From positions 13,547,037-13,611,036 of the forward strand of contig OZ316891.1 of NCBI GenBank assembly GCA_973895155.1: a stretch of 64,000 nt of DNA, given 5' to 3'. Positions within the stretch are counted from its first letter, which is position 1. Each line of letters begins with the position of its first letter. The stretch is from Marsupella aquatica. Lineage: Eukaryota > Plantae > Marchantiophyta. The notes under the pieces are model-generated. The model was not told the DNA's origin. It saw only the letters and a list, made by a program, of their open reading frames with translations, and made no database searches. Positions 1 to 13,398 of the stretch are shown here, piece by piece. A program made the translations under genes and the position numbers.

Positions 1-2496
1 TATGGAGTGATGTGGTTCACATGTCATATTTTGATGTGCACTTACTGGGACTGATCTATACAACTCAATCCCCACCTCCATGGCCAGTGACTTTTTAGTT
101 TCAAATTCTTGGTTAAATTTGTCCTCCTCCACTTATTGCGTAGTGATACAAAGAAAATTCAGTGGAAAAAATAGCCAACTTTGCCCAAATTTCCCTTTAG
201 CTGCAGTTGGATTTGCCAGATCTTTGAAGATCTGAAGGTTGTTCATAAGATCAGAACACATCTTGAGGCTTTCCATAAATTTGGTAATATTCATAACTAA
301 GTATATAAGGTGGTTCCCACCTAATTTCCCTCCTCGACCTTCAGGCAATCACCAGTTAAGTCCCTCACAAACAACAGAGAAAACCATTGTTTATGGCTAC
401 CTTAATGTTCTGCAGGGCTTTGCACCATTCCTTTCAATCTTTGACATGCTTGTGTTACAAGCATCCCCAATAACTTCAAGAATTCAAGTGTTCTTGGCAA
501 GATTTGGATGTTCCCCCTTTGGAATCATTGTTGCTTTGATCCTACTTCTGAAGTGGTTCCCAGTCTAAGAGTATCAATTTAGCTATTGATTTTCATAGTC
601 ACAAAGTGGTCATTGAGGAGTGCTGTAGTTTTGAATATTGCTTTTGTTTTTATGGATTACTGTATAAAAATAATGGAATTGGGATTATTCAAATACCCAA
701 ATCCAACCAAATGATGAGGGATTAGGTACTTGTTCCGAGGTTTAGGTTGCTCAAACATATCTTATCTTACTCTTTTGCGTGGGAGGAGCTAACATAATGA
801 TTTTATGGATTATGGATTTCAAGCCCTCATGCAAGGCATCTGTACTGCCATAATGAACTAAAAGGGTAAATATAAACTTGTGTCATTGAACTAGTCTCTC
901 TATCCTCTTGTGGCATTGCTTTCCTCTCCTCAGTCCCTGTTTGCCCCTTTGCCTCTCTTCACCTCCTTTATCTCAATCACATTGTCCATTGCTAACATCT
1001 TTATGATAGAAAATTAGGGAATGTTCCTTATTTTATATCTTTTACAAAGTAGATGTTTTCCCCCTATCTCACCAGGGGGCAAAGGGGGTGAATGGAACTT
1101 ATCTTGTTCTCCTTCAATTCCATCCTCTTGCCCCTCCTTTGTCTGCTTTGGATAGCACTATACCAGGTATTTGTACAAACAATATTTCCTATTTCATACT
1201 CCAGTGGCATGCTCAACACTGTTGGTTTTGGGCGGGAGGTCCAAAACTTAAATCCCTTCCACTTGGATGCTGTGCCAATTGCTTTTCCATTGTTGGTATC
1301 CCACCTTCATGTACTTCTCTGCCATGCAGTATCATATGCTGCCCTTCCTTCTGAGGGAATTCTGAATGAGCATTCCTTGGGAATTCATTTATTGGTGCCC
1401 TAGTGGGTCATGTTATTGCGTTCTGCTCATCTTGCACAGAAGGTGACAACATTAGGGTGTATGTCTTCACATTTTTGAATGTTACTTAGGGTGCATGGAT
1501 ACACATAAGGGAAAAGTTTGCTGGATACGAGCTGTCCCAACAAGTGTAACTGAATAGTAGCTGTCTGCATTGTGACAACTAACTTTTGAGTTCAAACTTC
1601 AGATTCAACCAGCTTTTGCACAAACCCCCATCCCAAGTGGGGTTTGAGCAAAGTCCTTTGCACACCAAATGTTTGACACTTGGAAAATTGAAGGTCTCTC
1701 TCTTATCACCTAAATGGAAACTGAAAGGTTGGCAGCATCTGGAGTGAAGGGGTTGTAACCTCATCCCAATGTGGACTTCATGAAAGCCATGTGCACATAA
1801 CAAACCTCACACTTAGTTAGAAAATGGAGGTCCCTCTACTAGCATCTAAATGGAAACCGGCAATATCTACGAGGGGGATCCAAGGGGTTGTAATGAACAA
1901 GTTTCCCAGGATTCACCAAAGCTTTGCACACACAAGACAACACTTGGAAAATTGAAGGTCTCTCTCTTACCAACTAGCTTAGTTAGATCTGATTTTGCCC
2001 AAATAATAAATAATCAAAAGACCCTCTAAAACAGTCACAACCTCTGCAGCTAGGTCTGGAAATTTTATCGAGGAAAAGTGCTCTGGCAAATGGTGGTTGC
2101 AAAGACATGGTTGGCTCCAATACTGGAAAAAGACTCACAACGTTTTGGCTTGGAAAAATGAAAATGGCCACCCTCGAAAGTTTGGAAACAAGTAAAAATA
2201 ACCTTCCACAAGTTACCACTATTGAAATAAACGGAAATTAGGCAGGCCGGCAACATTTTGAAAGCAGGACCCATGGGCTTTGTAATAAATGAGTTTGTGA
2301 CGAACAAACATCTAACAATGAGCTGTTATTAATGAATTTCCCGGGAAAAAGCATCTACGAGTGACGCAAAAGGCAATAATAAATGCGTTTCCAGGAACAG
2401 TCACCTTAAATTAATGTTTGGGACCTGTTCTCACTTTTTTCTTTCCGCCTTGAATGACCATGCTCTCACTTTTCCCTAGGCTTGCGAACGACAGCG

Positions 2497-3115
2497 GATA
2501 ACCATAGTAGCTGTGTACTTTGTTCCTGGTCTGACCCCATAGCTGCGATATCAACCACAGTAGTAGTGGACCAAATTCATGCTTAATCAACCATAGTAGC
2601 ACCGTCTTCGTGGTCCGCTGCCCTAGCCTCGAAATCAACCACAGTAGCAGTCTACCGAATTCATGCCTTCATCAACCATAGTAGCAGTGTAGCGTATTTC
2701 AAGCTCTGCTGCCATAGCTTTCAAATCAACGACATTAGCAGTGTAGCGTATTTCAAGCTCTGCTGCCACAGCTTCGGTATCAACCATAGTAGCAGTGTCT
2801 AGAATTCGTGCTCTGCTGCATTGGCTTCGGTGTCAACCATGGTAGCGGTGTACCGTGTTCCTAGTTTTCTGCCACATCGCAATCAACCATAGTAGCCGTG
2901 TACCGTATCGCTGCTCTGCTGCATACCTTCAGAATCAACCATAGAGGCAGTGTACAGTACCGCAATCCTGCTCTGCGGCCGTAGCTTCGGAATCAACCAC
3001 AGTAGCAGTGTACCGTACCGCAATCCTGCTCTGCGGCCATAGCTTCGGAATCAACCATAGTAGTATAGTAGCAGCGTACCGCATTCGTGCTCTGCTGCCA
3101 TAGCTTCGGAATCAA
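2497..3115. repeat. Minisatellite array of about 13 degenerate units (mostly ~52-57 bp, a few shorter); core ATCAACCATAGTAGCAGTGTACCG...GCTCTGCTGCCATAGCTTCGG
   Basis: The motif atcaacca(t/c)agtagcagtgta recurs about every 55 bp immediately upstream of the E2 gene leader. Boundaries and copy count are approximate. Confidence 0.9.
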
Positions 3116-4271
3116 ACAAGCAGAGGCAGCACAGGACGGGACTGGAGCGCCAAAACTCGTGGGTCCCCATCGCTTCTAATGATCATGCGCTCTCGCCGTC
3201 GAAGAAGCGCTGCTCCATTAAAGTTGCTGTGCCGCACACAGTAATGTGAAATTTGAGAGGAGGAGGAGGAGCACGAATTCGAGGCAGCGTGGCTTTGCTT
3301 GCTTTGGTTGGTTGGTTGGCTGGCTGGCGAGTTTTCGTCCTTCCTTCGTTTCTTCCTCTCGGTTGCGTTGCGTTGCGTGCTCCGTTCCTTCGTCGCCTGC
3401 AGTGACCTTGTTTTGATTAGATGAGACATATATACAGTGGCCGCTTCCTTCGCTCCTCTTGTTGTTTGGTCGATAGCTTGCTGCTGTTGGTGCGCGTGCG
3501 AGCGACTCACAACACTGGCCGAGATCGATGTGCAAGACCGTCGAGTGATTGATTGAGTGAGTGAGCGAGGCCCTGCTGAAAACAAGGCAAGGAGGGCAGA
3601 CAAGGTTTGAATAGGCGAGGGCCATTTGATACGGTATGTGTGGTTTGGTCCGGTTCGGTCGGTTTGGAGAGGATTGGTTTTGCGTGCAGGCTTTTGTTGT
3701 AGAGGGCTCGAGAGGAGGAAGGGCGGCTTTTACTGCTGCGAGTGACGTTGCTTGCCTTGTTGACTTGTGTCGGACGTCGTTACTGGTGCCATAGGCGGTT
3801 CCTGCTGGTGTTGTGATCTCATGGTGCGTCTTCAGTCCTCTGACCTTCATCTGTTGTCTGTTGCAGTTCTGGGGTTATTTTTGGAAGCGGGTCGGGTCAG
3901 ACTTGGAAGGAGGGAAGGAGGAAGGGGATTGAATTCTGGCTCCGGCAATTCGTTCCTCAATTCATTCGGTCACGTCGGCAAGGTGTTCTGGAAGCTGGCT
4001 GGCTCGCTGAAAGTTTAGTATTTGTCAAGATGTGTGGCTGAATTACACAGTTCTCGGAAGAAGGGTTTTCGTACGGCTCTTGTTGAAGAGGGCCCAACCA
4101 GGAAGAGCTTGCCCACTGGTCGGCGATTCGGTAGCGATCACTTGCGCACACGATCAGGACAGGGAGGGTATCTGTTGTGGACGGATACTGAGTTGCAGAT
4201 TCAGGGGAGGGGCTCCCGTGTTAGCTGGGTACAATTCTGCACAGCAGGAGAGGCAGCCAGGGGAAGGCAAG

Positions 4272-6983
4272 ATGATGTCCTCGGCCCAATTACGGCTCAT
4301 GTCTGATCTGAAGGCCATTCGACAGGAACCTCCCGAGGTGAGTGTGTGGTGCAGTTCACCTGCTGTCCACAAGGGTTGGAAGGGCATAAGTCATAACTGT
4401 TTTTAAAGGGTTGACTTCGTTATTATGCATGAAGGCGGTCTTTGATTCTGGATGACAGCTGGTCTGTGTGAGAGAAGGCCGCTATGTCTAGATGGCGTTC
4501 ATGTCGTTGTTTTTGTGGAAGTTTGCGTGGTTATTGGTCGACCTATTCAGTTTTGTCACGGAGAAGTTGTGAAGTTGCGGATGTAGAAGCATGTCTTCGT
4601 ACGTGAAGAGGCACGAATCTGAGTTGCATTGAAAAGGAGCTTTGATCTGCCGTTGCAGTAGGGATTTCAGATAGGTGCTGTGTGTTGACCCAGCCCAGGG
4701 TGCTGGATTCGTTGCAGTTTGTGGTCATGAGGCACTTTTCAATTCCGAAATTCGACCTGGCTACGAATTTGTTTCCCTCTATTCTTGTTGAATCGCGGGG
4801 ATAAATCGTATGGTTTGGCTTGCGTATGTGATACAGATAACGGAATGACAGACTTAAGTGAGCCTCTTGATTCAGATTATTATGTAACCATAGAATCCAT
4901 ACCGTCTCTGGAACCCGTCGAACCTGATTGCCTAACTAGGGTCCTTATTGCAAGATTCTGGGCAATTTGGGATGTGCGTGTAGATTTACTTTAAACCCTT
5001 TTCGAGGCCATTTGAATCAAGATTTGTGGCGATTGCGTTCTTTCATTTGTTGCAGTTTCCGAGGAGAGTATAGATTTGATGAGAAGATTAGATACCTTTT
5101 CAGTCGTCTGTTACGAAATCTAGCTAATGGGATGACTTAACTTTGAGGTTTTGTAACACAGTGTTATGGATGCTTGTTCTCCTCGGGCGTTGGAGGGTAT
5201 GACATGTATCTGCTTGATCGTAGTGTAATTTTCCCTGAGATTCCTCGTTTATTGGAACAGCAGAGTAGTGCACACTAATTCTTTACTGGCATCTTAGGGT
5301 AGTAACATTTGTCTCCCATTATATTGTTTCTGCAACTAGAGTTTCTTTCTCTTGGGACTCTAATGTACTCTTTGCCATTGCCCCTAGGCAAATTGGTAAC
5401 GAAATCTGTGTGTGTGAGTAAGGGAGGGGTTGGGGGGGGGGGGGGGGGGGAAAGAGGGCTGGGGCGGAGGGGATAATGCCCCGACACCCAGACATGCTTG
5501 CTGTTCATCTTGCTGTTTTGAACCTATGTAGTAACTTGTCGAGTCTAGACACAATAGGTTACAGACAATTTCCTCATTTGGGTAGAATGGTCTTGTGGAT
5601 TCTCGCTTTTCATTGAGCTTGTTGCATTCTTCATTCCCTGGTTGGGGATCAGCCTGAACCTATTTGGTTGAGATCTAGATCCCGGCTGCAATTGCTGTGG
5701 TATTTGCTGAAGATTTGGAGGTTTTCCCCGGATTCCTCGAAAATGGCGGGAGTTCTTTGGCAGCCGTCGGTCAGGGTTTCTGTTCTTCCTTGTTGCTATT
5801 AACCTTCCGTCAAATCAGAAGAAAAGTTTCATGTTCCAGTCACCGGCGATAATGTCCCGTTTCTTTCATATGATTTGTTTTAGAATAGGATGCCTCGCTT
5901 CTGTCCTGTTGTGGCTGTTCGCTTTTTGTTGTGTGCTTGTGACGTGATTGTTGGGGACTTATTTTATGGCGAATCCCAGCCTTTGGAGACAGTAGTGACA
6001 CGGATTGGAAGTTGGATGACAGGGATGCAGTGCGAGCCCACACGGAGATGAAAACTTATTCGTTTGGGGAGCAACGATATTCGGCCCTGATGAGACACCA
6101 TGGGAAGGTAATACTTAGTTTTGTATGTAACATTCGTACTACATCTCAGACGTACTGTGTGACCAATTCCTGCACGCCGTGGTCTTAATAAATCCATTTT
6201 AATGTGCAACGCAGGTGGGATTTTTGCACTGAGATTGATTTTTGGGGAACACTACCCCGAGAAGCCACCCCGCGTGAGATTCACATCAGATGTGTTTCAT
6301 CCAAATGGTGAGTGTTCGTAGAACTTGCTCACCACGTAAGAGAGGGCCCTTTTCTTCACGTTCTTCTCTCTTTTGTAATTTTTTAATCCCTTCCTTGCCT
6401 AATAGAAAGGGGTTTTATCGTTGTTTGCAGTCTACAGTGACGGAACTCTTTGTATGGACATCATCCAGGATGCATGGTCACCTTGTCACAATATCTGTAC
6501 AATCCTTACTTCGATCCAGGCAAGTAACAGTATGGGAATAGATGTTGTTTGTCTTCTGCCGGGGCAATAGATATGGGCACTGAATGCATGTGCTCATACA
6601 CTCTGCGTGTCACAGTAAAATGATGTGAAGGTTGCGAGTTCTAATTTCGATTTGTGATTTCGTGCCCTGTTCCATGCTGGAAGCAGTCGCTATTGACTGA
6701 TCCAAATCCTGCCAGTCCGGCAAACCCAGAGGCAGCTCAACTATATCAAAATGATATTGTTTCTTACAATAGGTATTCATCAATCTCTTCTTTCTTGACA
6801 GGCCAATGCCCGTTCTTGGTTCGTCGTAATGCTAGATATCTGGTGACGGGGGTCTCAATTTGCAGTATGTTCTCATACTGTTGCATGTGCTTTCCAGGTC
6901 TGCTTGGTGGTAGTAACTTGATGTGACTGTTTTGCAGGAGAGTCCGGCTATCTGTTCGCAAGTCGGTCGATTGCTCATCTTGA
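4272..6983 (+). CDS. E2 ubiquitin-conjugating enzyme, Rad6/UBC2-like
   Basis: Exons 4272-4337, 6023-6107, 6215-6307, 6431-6519, 6687-6772 and 6938-6983 join in frame to give [154 protein letters not shown]. The HPN motif and catalytic Cys (TGT 6451-6453) are present. Probable 5'UTR intron at 3634-3866. Confidence 0.95.
5432..5450 (+). repeat. Poly-G run (19 G) with flanking G-tracts in intron 1 of the E2 gene
   Basis: Directly visible in the sequence. Confidence 0.9.
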
Positions 6984-8520
6984 ACATGGGGTTTCAAATC
7001 CACGAATTGTGCATATTGTAATGTCAGAGTCTTTCATCGTGGTTTGAACAGCAACGACTCGACACTTTCGTGCCCCATAGTTGTGATGGCTGGACCAGGC
7101 AAATTCACTTTTTGGAGTTGTCTGGAGCTCACAGTGCTTTCGCTCATAAGATGTGCACGCAACGGCCATGACAAGGGCGCTGGAAGTTTCGTCATTGATC
7201 GCGCAAAGGCAACTTGTCCTTGACAGCGCTGAATTTTGCGCGTTTGGAACTGGATCAGGATTAGCAGCCTCTCCCACCGCAAGAAGCGCACGGTAATGAC
7301 CAACCTTAGCACACACAACACAGACACAAGAAGTCTATGGGGTGGCCTGTGGGGTGGCTTTCGCCATATCTTGGCAGACGTTTTGACAGCTTGGCACGCG
7401 TTGCTAGGTGTCGAATGCAGTCGAATGCAGCACGTTTCATGGTTTCTACTCAGTGTCCCATATTTCTTTAGGTCGATTTCGAGCTCCCTATCCGCCTGTA
7501 AAATATCAATATAGCCTATGGTCGCAGACCATTGCAGGGATGACATAAGTATAAAACTCTTACGATAAATCTCGATAGACGAACTGACAGGAATGAGGGA
7601 TGACGATGCCCATGTATATTTTGCTTTAATTGTGCTCCATTTTTCCTCGAGCCCACTCTGTGTGTCGATTCTGAAGTTACATCGTGCACGGCAATCCTCT
7701 CTCTCTTTGTGTCGATTCTGGGTTTACCTCAATGAGGGCAGCTGGGATGTGAAATTGTGCATGTAGCTCTTGTTTTATACTAACAGTAGAGCCACCTTCT
7801 GTACACGTGACTTTTGAGTTATCTTTCGTTGGCAGCCGTGCCTGTTCCACTGAATCCGGTGAATTCTAGTGTTAGAGACTGGTAGTTGACCGTCAACACT
7901 CTGCAGCGGTGGCAGTGGCGTCTTCACGTTGGCTCTATGAGAACAGGCTTGGGTCCCACTCAAGTGGGCCTTTCATTTATCACAACATATCTCCTCGCAA
8001 AGTTGCAGAATCTTGTGGACCACCGTCATCCTAAAGTGCTGCTTTGTATGGTTGTCTTTCTTGTGGAGGGAACGTTGAGGTCCGAGGAGGAGGACTCTTT
8101 TGTCTTTCGGTGTTGAGAGATAAGACCATAGTTATGGTGGGAATCCGCATGCATTTTTTGAATCCTGAGATTCCTCCTGGTTTGGTACAGTTTCTCAAGA
8201 GTCCTGAGATTCCGCCGGGTTTGGTACAGTTCCTCGAGCGTTTTTGGTAGATGACTTTTTGCTGCATGATTGTGCAGCGAAGTCAAAGGCTCGAAAGAGA
8301 AATATAAATTACTGCAAATTTCCGCGAATGTTTCTCTGCCTTTCGGAGGCTCGAGTCACTCTCTGATGATGGCAAAGTACACGAAAGAAAGACAGGGTGA
8401 ATACAAATTTGATTAATAGGGGCTGCGAAGATAGGTAGCAATTCAATTTTAATTTACTTCTTCAAGTCACGGGTATAACACAATACTGGCTTTTGCTACT
8501 CAGGTGATTTCGTTGCACTA

Positions 8521-9239
8521 CTGTCTTCCCCCGAACACAGCGATTGGGGGTTGGGTGTTCGAAAGTTGATTTTTTTTAGTCTTGTTAAGAAAAAGTAGTT
8601 GTACCTTGAACACAACGTCATTTTAACACAATGCAAGGGTGTTGTGTTCTAATATTGCCTTGTGTTTGAATGTTCCGGGTTGTGTTTGAGTTTTTCTTAA
8701 TCTTGATAGCATTGAGCACAAAAAGTGCAAGTTCATGAATTACAACCAAAGCATAAGCAAAGTAAACAAAAAACTCTTGATAAGCTTCACATCTTGATAA
8801 CAATGCTAGGAGCAATTTTTGGAGTAATATTGCCCACATGTACTCAATTGAAATGACACTTGATAACTCTGCAAATAGTTACATCCATGTGCAAATCCAT
8901 GTGCAAATGCAATAGAAATCAGAAAAAGATTTTCTAAGTCATTATTCTATTTTTTGGCCAGGGCTGAAATGGTATAGTCTTTCATTCCTGATTACACCCT
9001 AAATTCTATGTCTATCATTCCTGCTTACATCCTAAATTCATCACAATGCCAAAGTTTGAACACAACGTCACAATTCAAACAATTCAAACACAATGCCACA
9101 ATTCAAACACAAGGTAAAAAAATTCCAAAACATAGTGTCGAAACTCAAACACAACGCCCTGGGCGCACTATTCGAATATAACCCCCCATGGCCCACTATT
9201 CAAATATAGTGCCTAGGCGCTGTGTTCAGGGGAAGACTG
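8521..9239. mobile_element. Non-autonomous Tc1/mariner-type DNA element (MITE), copy 1, more degraded
   Basis: Terminal inverted repeats CTGTCTTCCCCCGAACACAGCG ... CGCTGTGTTCAGGGGAAGACTG, preceded by TA. Internal sequence is nearly colinear with 13399-14140. Confidence 0.85.
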
Positions 9240-9639
9240 AAGTGGGGTTGTCAAGGCCGCTTTGGTTAACAAGAGTGGGGTTGTCCAGGCTGTCAAGGCC
9301 ACTTTGGTTAAGAACATTACCTTTGGTATGAATAGTACTTTAACCACTAAGAACACAAGGCCACTTTGGTTAAGAAGAGTGGGGTTGTCAAGGCTGTCAT
9401 CAACCATGTTTAGACTTTTGTGGGAACCTGAACCCAAGAGGTTGATTACGATTATCCACCCTAAAATCCCCAAAGTACCCTTTCCACAAACTCATTCCAG
9501 GTTTAATGAAAGAAGTTATGGATCAGGTACAGATCAGCGGATGAGAGGATTTTGCAATTTTGCAATTGGACTGCTGACAAACATACTCGATGGTCAAGAT
9601 TGCTTGGCCTCATAATGGACACCTTGATTTCCCACAAGA

Positions 9640-12520
9640 GAGGACGAGGAACTTTGAGAACAATTTTGAATTAGGAAGTATTCCCAAGAAGTGATGATGG
9701 TCCATGAACATGTAGCTCTGTTGTTTCCTCCAGAATTATATCTAGGTTCTGAAATTGGTGACAAAATGGGCATGACACTTGGACCTTCACTTAGGGAAGT
9801 GGTGTATCAGTGACACTCAGTCCCATGTTTGGGTACATTAAAAACTTCGATGCACCCAATGCGTATCCAAGGAAGTTTATATACCTGGCCTGTACAGAAT
9901 TGAACGAGTTGAACACAACTTGTTGCACAAGTATTGAAGGGCCTTACAAATGTGACCATGGATCAATCAAGCAAGGAAAATGGATTGACCAATTTAGATT
10001 TGATGTCTACTTTGTGGATGGCGACGTTTAGAAGAATGTCCCTCTTTGCAATTGTCTTTGAAGCTGGGAGGGCATAGTTGGGAAAAACAAATGGTGGTGA
10101 TATTTGCCTGTTGGGGGAGGATTCCCAAGTTGCCACAAACCCCTGCTATATCGACAGTATTCCTTGTGTGGAAATCATATTGTGAGTAAAAGATGGGGCC
10201 CAACAATTCAGAGATTGACTTGTGTTTGGAAGGCAATGCCCTCATTGTCGTACGCCCTGTTCTCGTCATAAATTTGCGACCACAAGGCCCTCTTGTCAGA
10301 TTGATACAGAATTTGAGACAACGTACTGTTCACCTGGTTTCAGTCCGTTTGGGAACGCCAACACTTCTATGGCTAGTACAGCTGACAACATTGTTCCTAG
10401 CAAATTTCAATCCTTGAAAGCCAAGGTGAAAGAAATGAAGTCCCTTATATCCTCCATGAAAACAAGTTCCTCAAGGTAGGCAGGCAATGTTCGATTATGG
10501 GTGGGTTAAGGACATAATTTCATTGATATATGTATTTGCTTGGTTTTATGGCATTGCAGTTGAAGTTCATGTTCACTAACGTGACTCCTGTTACATTCGC
10601 ACTTGTATGATTGAAATGTGAAATGTTTGTTTTTGTCTAGTTACTCTGTGGTTTGTGTCTTTCATGGCCAGCAGAAGCAAGAAGCAGTAGTGAGTCCTTG
10701 GTGCCATTTTTCATATGTTGTTTGGGCCATGTCTCAGTCTCAATTGATGAACCACATCCTATTAGGTTTCATTGCCAGTTGCAAGCCAGGCTTAGAAACT
10801 TGGGCACCATACCTTGTGGCCCTAGCCTGAGTTGCCAAAGATGAAGTTGAAACCCGACAAATCAGGAGCAGATTCATCGCTTTATGCCCAATAAGACTAC
10901 CTCCCATCTAAGATATGAATGTGAGCACTTGCCATCCCAACCCTATTATTCTTCTCCCTCTCAACCAAACTTCATTGTTTGAACTCTTTACAATGTCACA
11001 TCAAGGCAGTGCCCTATGGGAAGAGCGTTTGGCTATTGAGGCGTTCCACTACACGACAGTGAGGACAGTCTAGGGTATCATTGTTTCTTTGTATGTGTCA
11101 TGAGCTCCTGTTGATGGAAATATATGCAGGTACGATATAGGAGCATCTTCACCTGCACTTTTTTGAGAAAAAAATTGGGACTTGTAGCGTGATCCACCAT
11201 GGAGGGTGACTGCTAGAGTGAAAGACTTGTGGAACTTGAAGGAACCTATGTTTGGTCTGTAGTCAATGAGAAGGCAAAGCTTGCGTACCCAATGAGGCCA
11301 TCACCTCATGATCCTGGCCTAATGCCTCATTGATTGAAATATTCTAAGAGACAATGCTTCCATACATGAACACGCATGCTTGGGACTACCTCTTGGATAA
11401 GTGCTAATGTTGTCACGTGAAAGCCTTAATTTCAAAGGCTAGGAGTGACTTGGTTCATCACTCCTAGTTTGTAAGTGGATGAAGTTGCATTGATGACTAA
11501 GTTTCTTTTGGTTACAACCCCCAATTATTCACAATGAAGTTGCATTGATGACTAAGTTTCTTTTGGTTACAACCCCCAATTATTCACATAGACGATGCAA
11601 TTGGTAGGTAACCTTCATTTGCAGATCTCCACCTAAAGGGAGCTTGTGATGATTTGTCTTCCATTAAGTCGCAGAGGTTTGAGTACACGGATGAAACTGC
11701 CAAGGAGATCCTCACCAAATATGTTGACCTCCCCTTGCTCTGGATTGATCAGCTAAGCAAAACTTGTCACAGTGAAAGGCCAATGCTGAACTTTGGGAGT
11801 AGAAGGTGGCTACCCAAACAACTTATGACATATGGAAACAACATCACAAATTCAACACCTTAGAGAGGATTCCAGATGACTTCTACAAGGCTCATTGAGT
11901 AGTCTTCCCAACTTATTCTCACAATACCAGTGTCTTACATGTACACCTTACATTTTGGGGGTTTTTGATAAAAATTGTCTTTTCGTGTTTTACCTTTGTT
12001 TGCCAATTCTATTTGTTGCCATGTGTATGACTATGGATTGACAGTTTCAGTTCCTTACATGGTGTGTACTTTGGATTGGCAGGGAGAGCTAGAGCACAAC
12101 ATCGATGATGATTCTAATGGGTCCAAAGAAGGTGAATATGATCATACGCACCTCCCATATCAATCTCGAAGTCATCTTGACAGCATCCCACATGATCACC
12201 TGATACAATTGCTTTCAGTAATTGTTTTTTGCTTTACCAAAGGTCTCTTTCTTCCTCTGTGTATGTTGTCAGCAAAGCTCAAATATCACTTTTGAGTGTC
12301 CTTTGGGTCTACCTTTTCGAATGGATTCAATTCGTGACGATGTCTCAAACCCAGCCCTTAACTCTTTAAGGCCTAGTATAAGCCCACGGTAGATGCCTTA
12401 AGTCATAACCTTAACCACAGTCCGTTAACATTGGTGCAAATACTCTGTGCCTATGTTGGATTGTAGTGCCAATGTCATGAGATGCCTGATCCAAAATTTT
12501 GAACTTGCCTCCTCTTTGTT
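9640..12520 (+). pseudogene. Decayed, possibly TE-associated multi-exon gene remnant
   Basis: Broken protein-like fragments (...QCPHCRTP..., ...EILTKYVDLPLLWIDQL...) and splice-like signals (caag|gtaggc ~10476, gcag|gtacg ~11130, tttgcag ~11624), with many stops. Family not identifiable by eye. Confidence 0.3.
11479..11588. repeat. Perfect 55-bp tandem duplication
   Basis: atgaagttgcattgatgactaagtttcttttggttacaacccccaattattcaca occurs at 11479-11533 and again at 11534-11588. Confidence 0.95.
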
Positions 12521-13398
12521 AAGTGACATCGAAGACGGAAGAGAAGAAAACTCTGCCATGGCATATGTAACAGAGAAGTGGTGAATTGGCGCAACTTGCA
12601 TTTCACAAGCTCCAATCTGCATTTCACGAGCTCCAACCTGCACATGGCGAGCTCCAAAGTGCCATCTTTTCAAGCAAGAAGATAGTGTTCTTTGGTTGCA
12701 ATTTAGGTTGCATGTGCATGCAACTTTTCTGAATTTCCAATTTATCATCGTTGTGACATTGTATTTTGTATGCCTTGTGTTTTGAGAGCAGCATACGCAG
12801 CGAATTAAAGGCGTGGATCACACAAGTTTTGAGCTGAGCTTGTTTAACTTTCAAGCAGGAGGTCAGTTGTTTGGTTCCCATTCAGGTAGTGTTTGTATGT
12901 AGATTTTCCGGAATTCTGGAAAAATCATCATCGTGAAATTGTCATTGTATGGCTTGTGTTTTGGGATGCGCACTAACATCACGTTGTGGATTACACAAGA
13001 TTTTGAGCAACAGGCATCGGGCCCTCAGTGTTAACTAATACGGGATGACGTGTAAATGCTCAAAGCGTGAATTTTATTCATTTGAAATTAATAATTATAA
13101 TTATTACCGATAAGAAGGGAACTTTTTATAGAAAAATGGAAATAACAAGGGGTAAGAGGGATGGAGTCCCGATTGCAAGGGGTTCACTTCTTTTACTTGA
13201 AGTGAGGGCCCAAGGGCAACAGGTCAGTTGTTTGGTTGCCGTTCAATTTGCGTTTCTATGCAGATTTTCTGGAATTTTGGAAAAATCATTGTCATAATAT
13301 AAAATGTGTTTATATGGCTTGCGTTCAAGATCAAAATTTGCATCGTCATCACATTGTGTATTACACACAAGTTTTGAGCTTCTTCACTCCAACAACTA

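Noticed and set aside
1-1450. Possible gene or TE fragment at the left edge
   Set aside because: Short broken ORFs with no motif I can identify; truncated by the window.
2497-3115. CRISPR-like array
   Set aside because: Segments between the conserved cores are homologous to one another rather than unique spacers, there are no cas genes, and the context is eukaryotic.
3112-4018. ORFs of 83-210 aa on both strands
   Set aside because: They overlap the simple-repeat-rich leader and leader intron of the E2 gene and show no recognisable domain.
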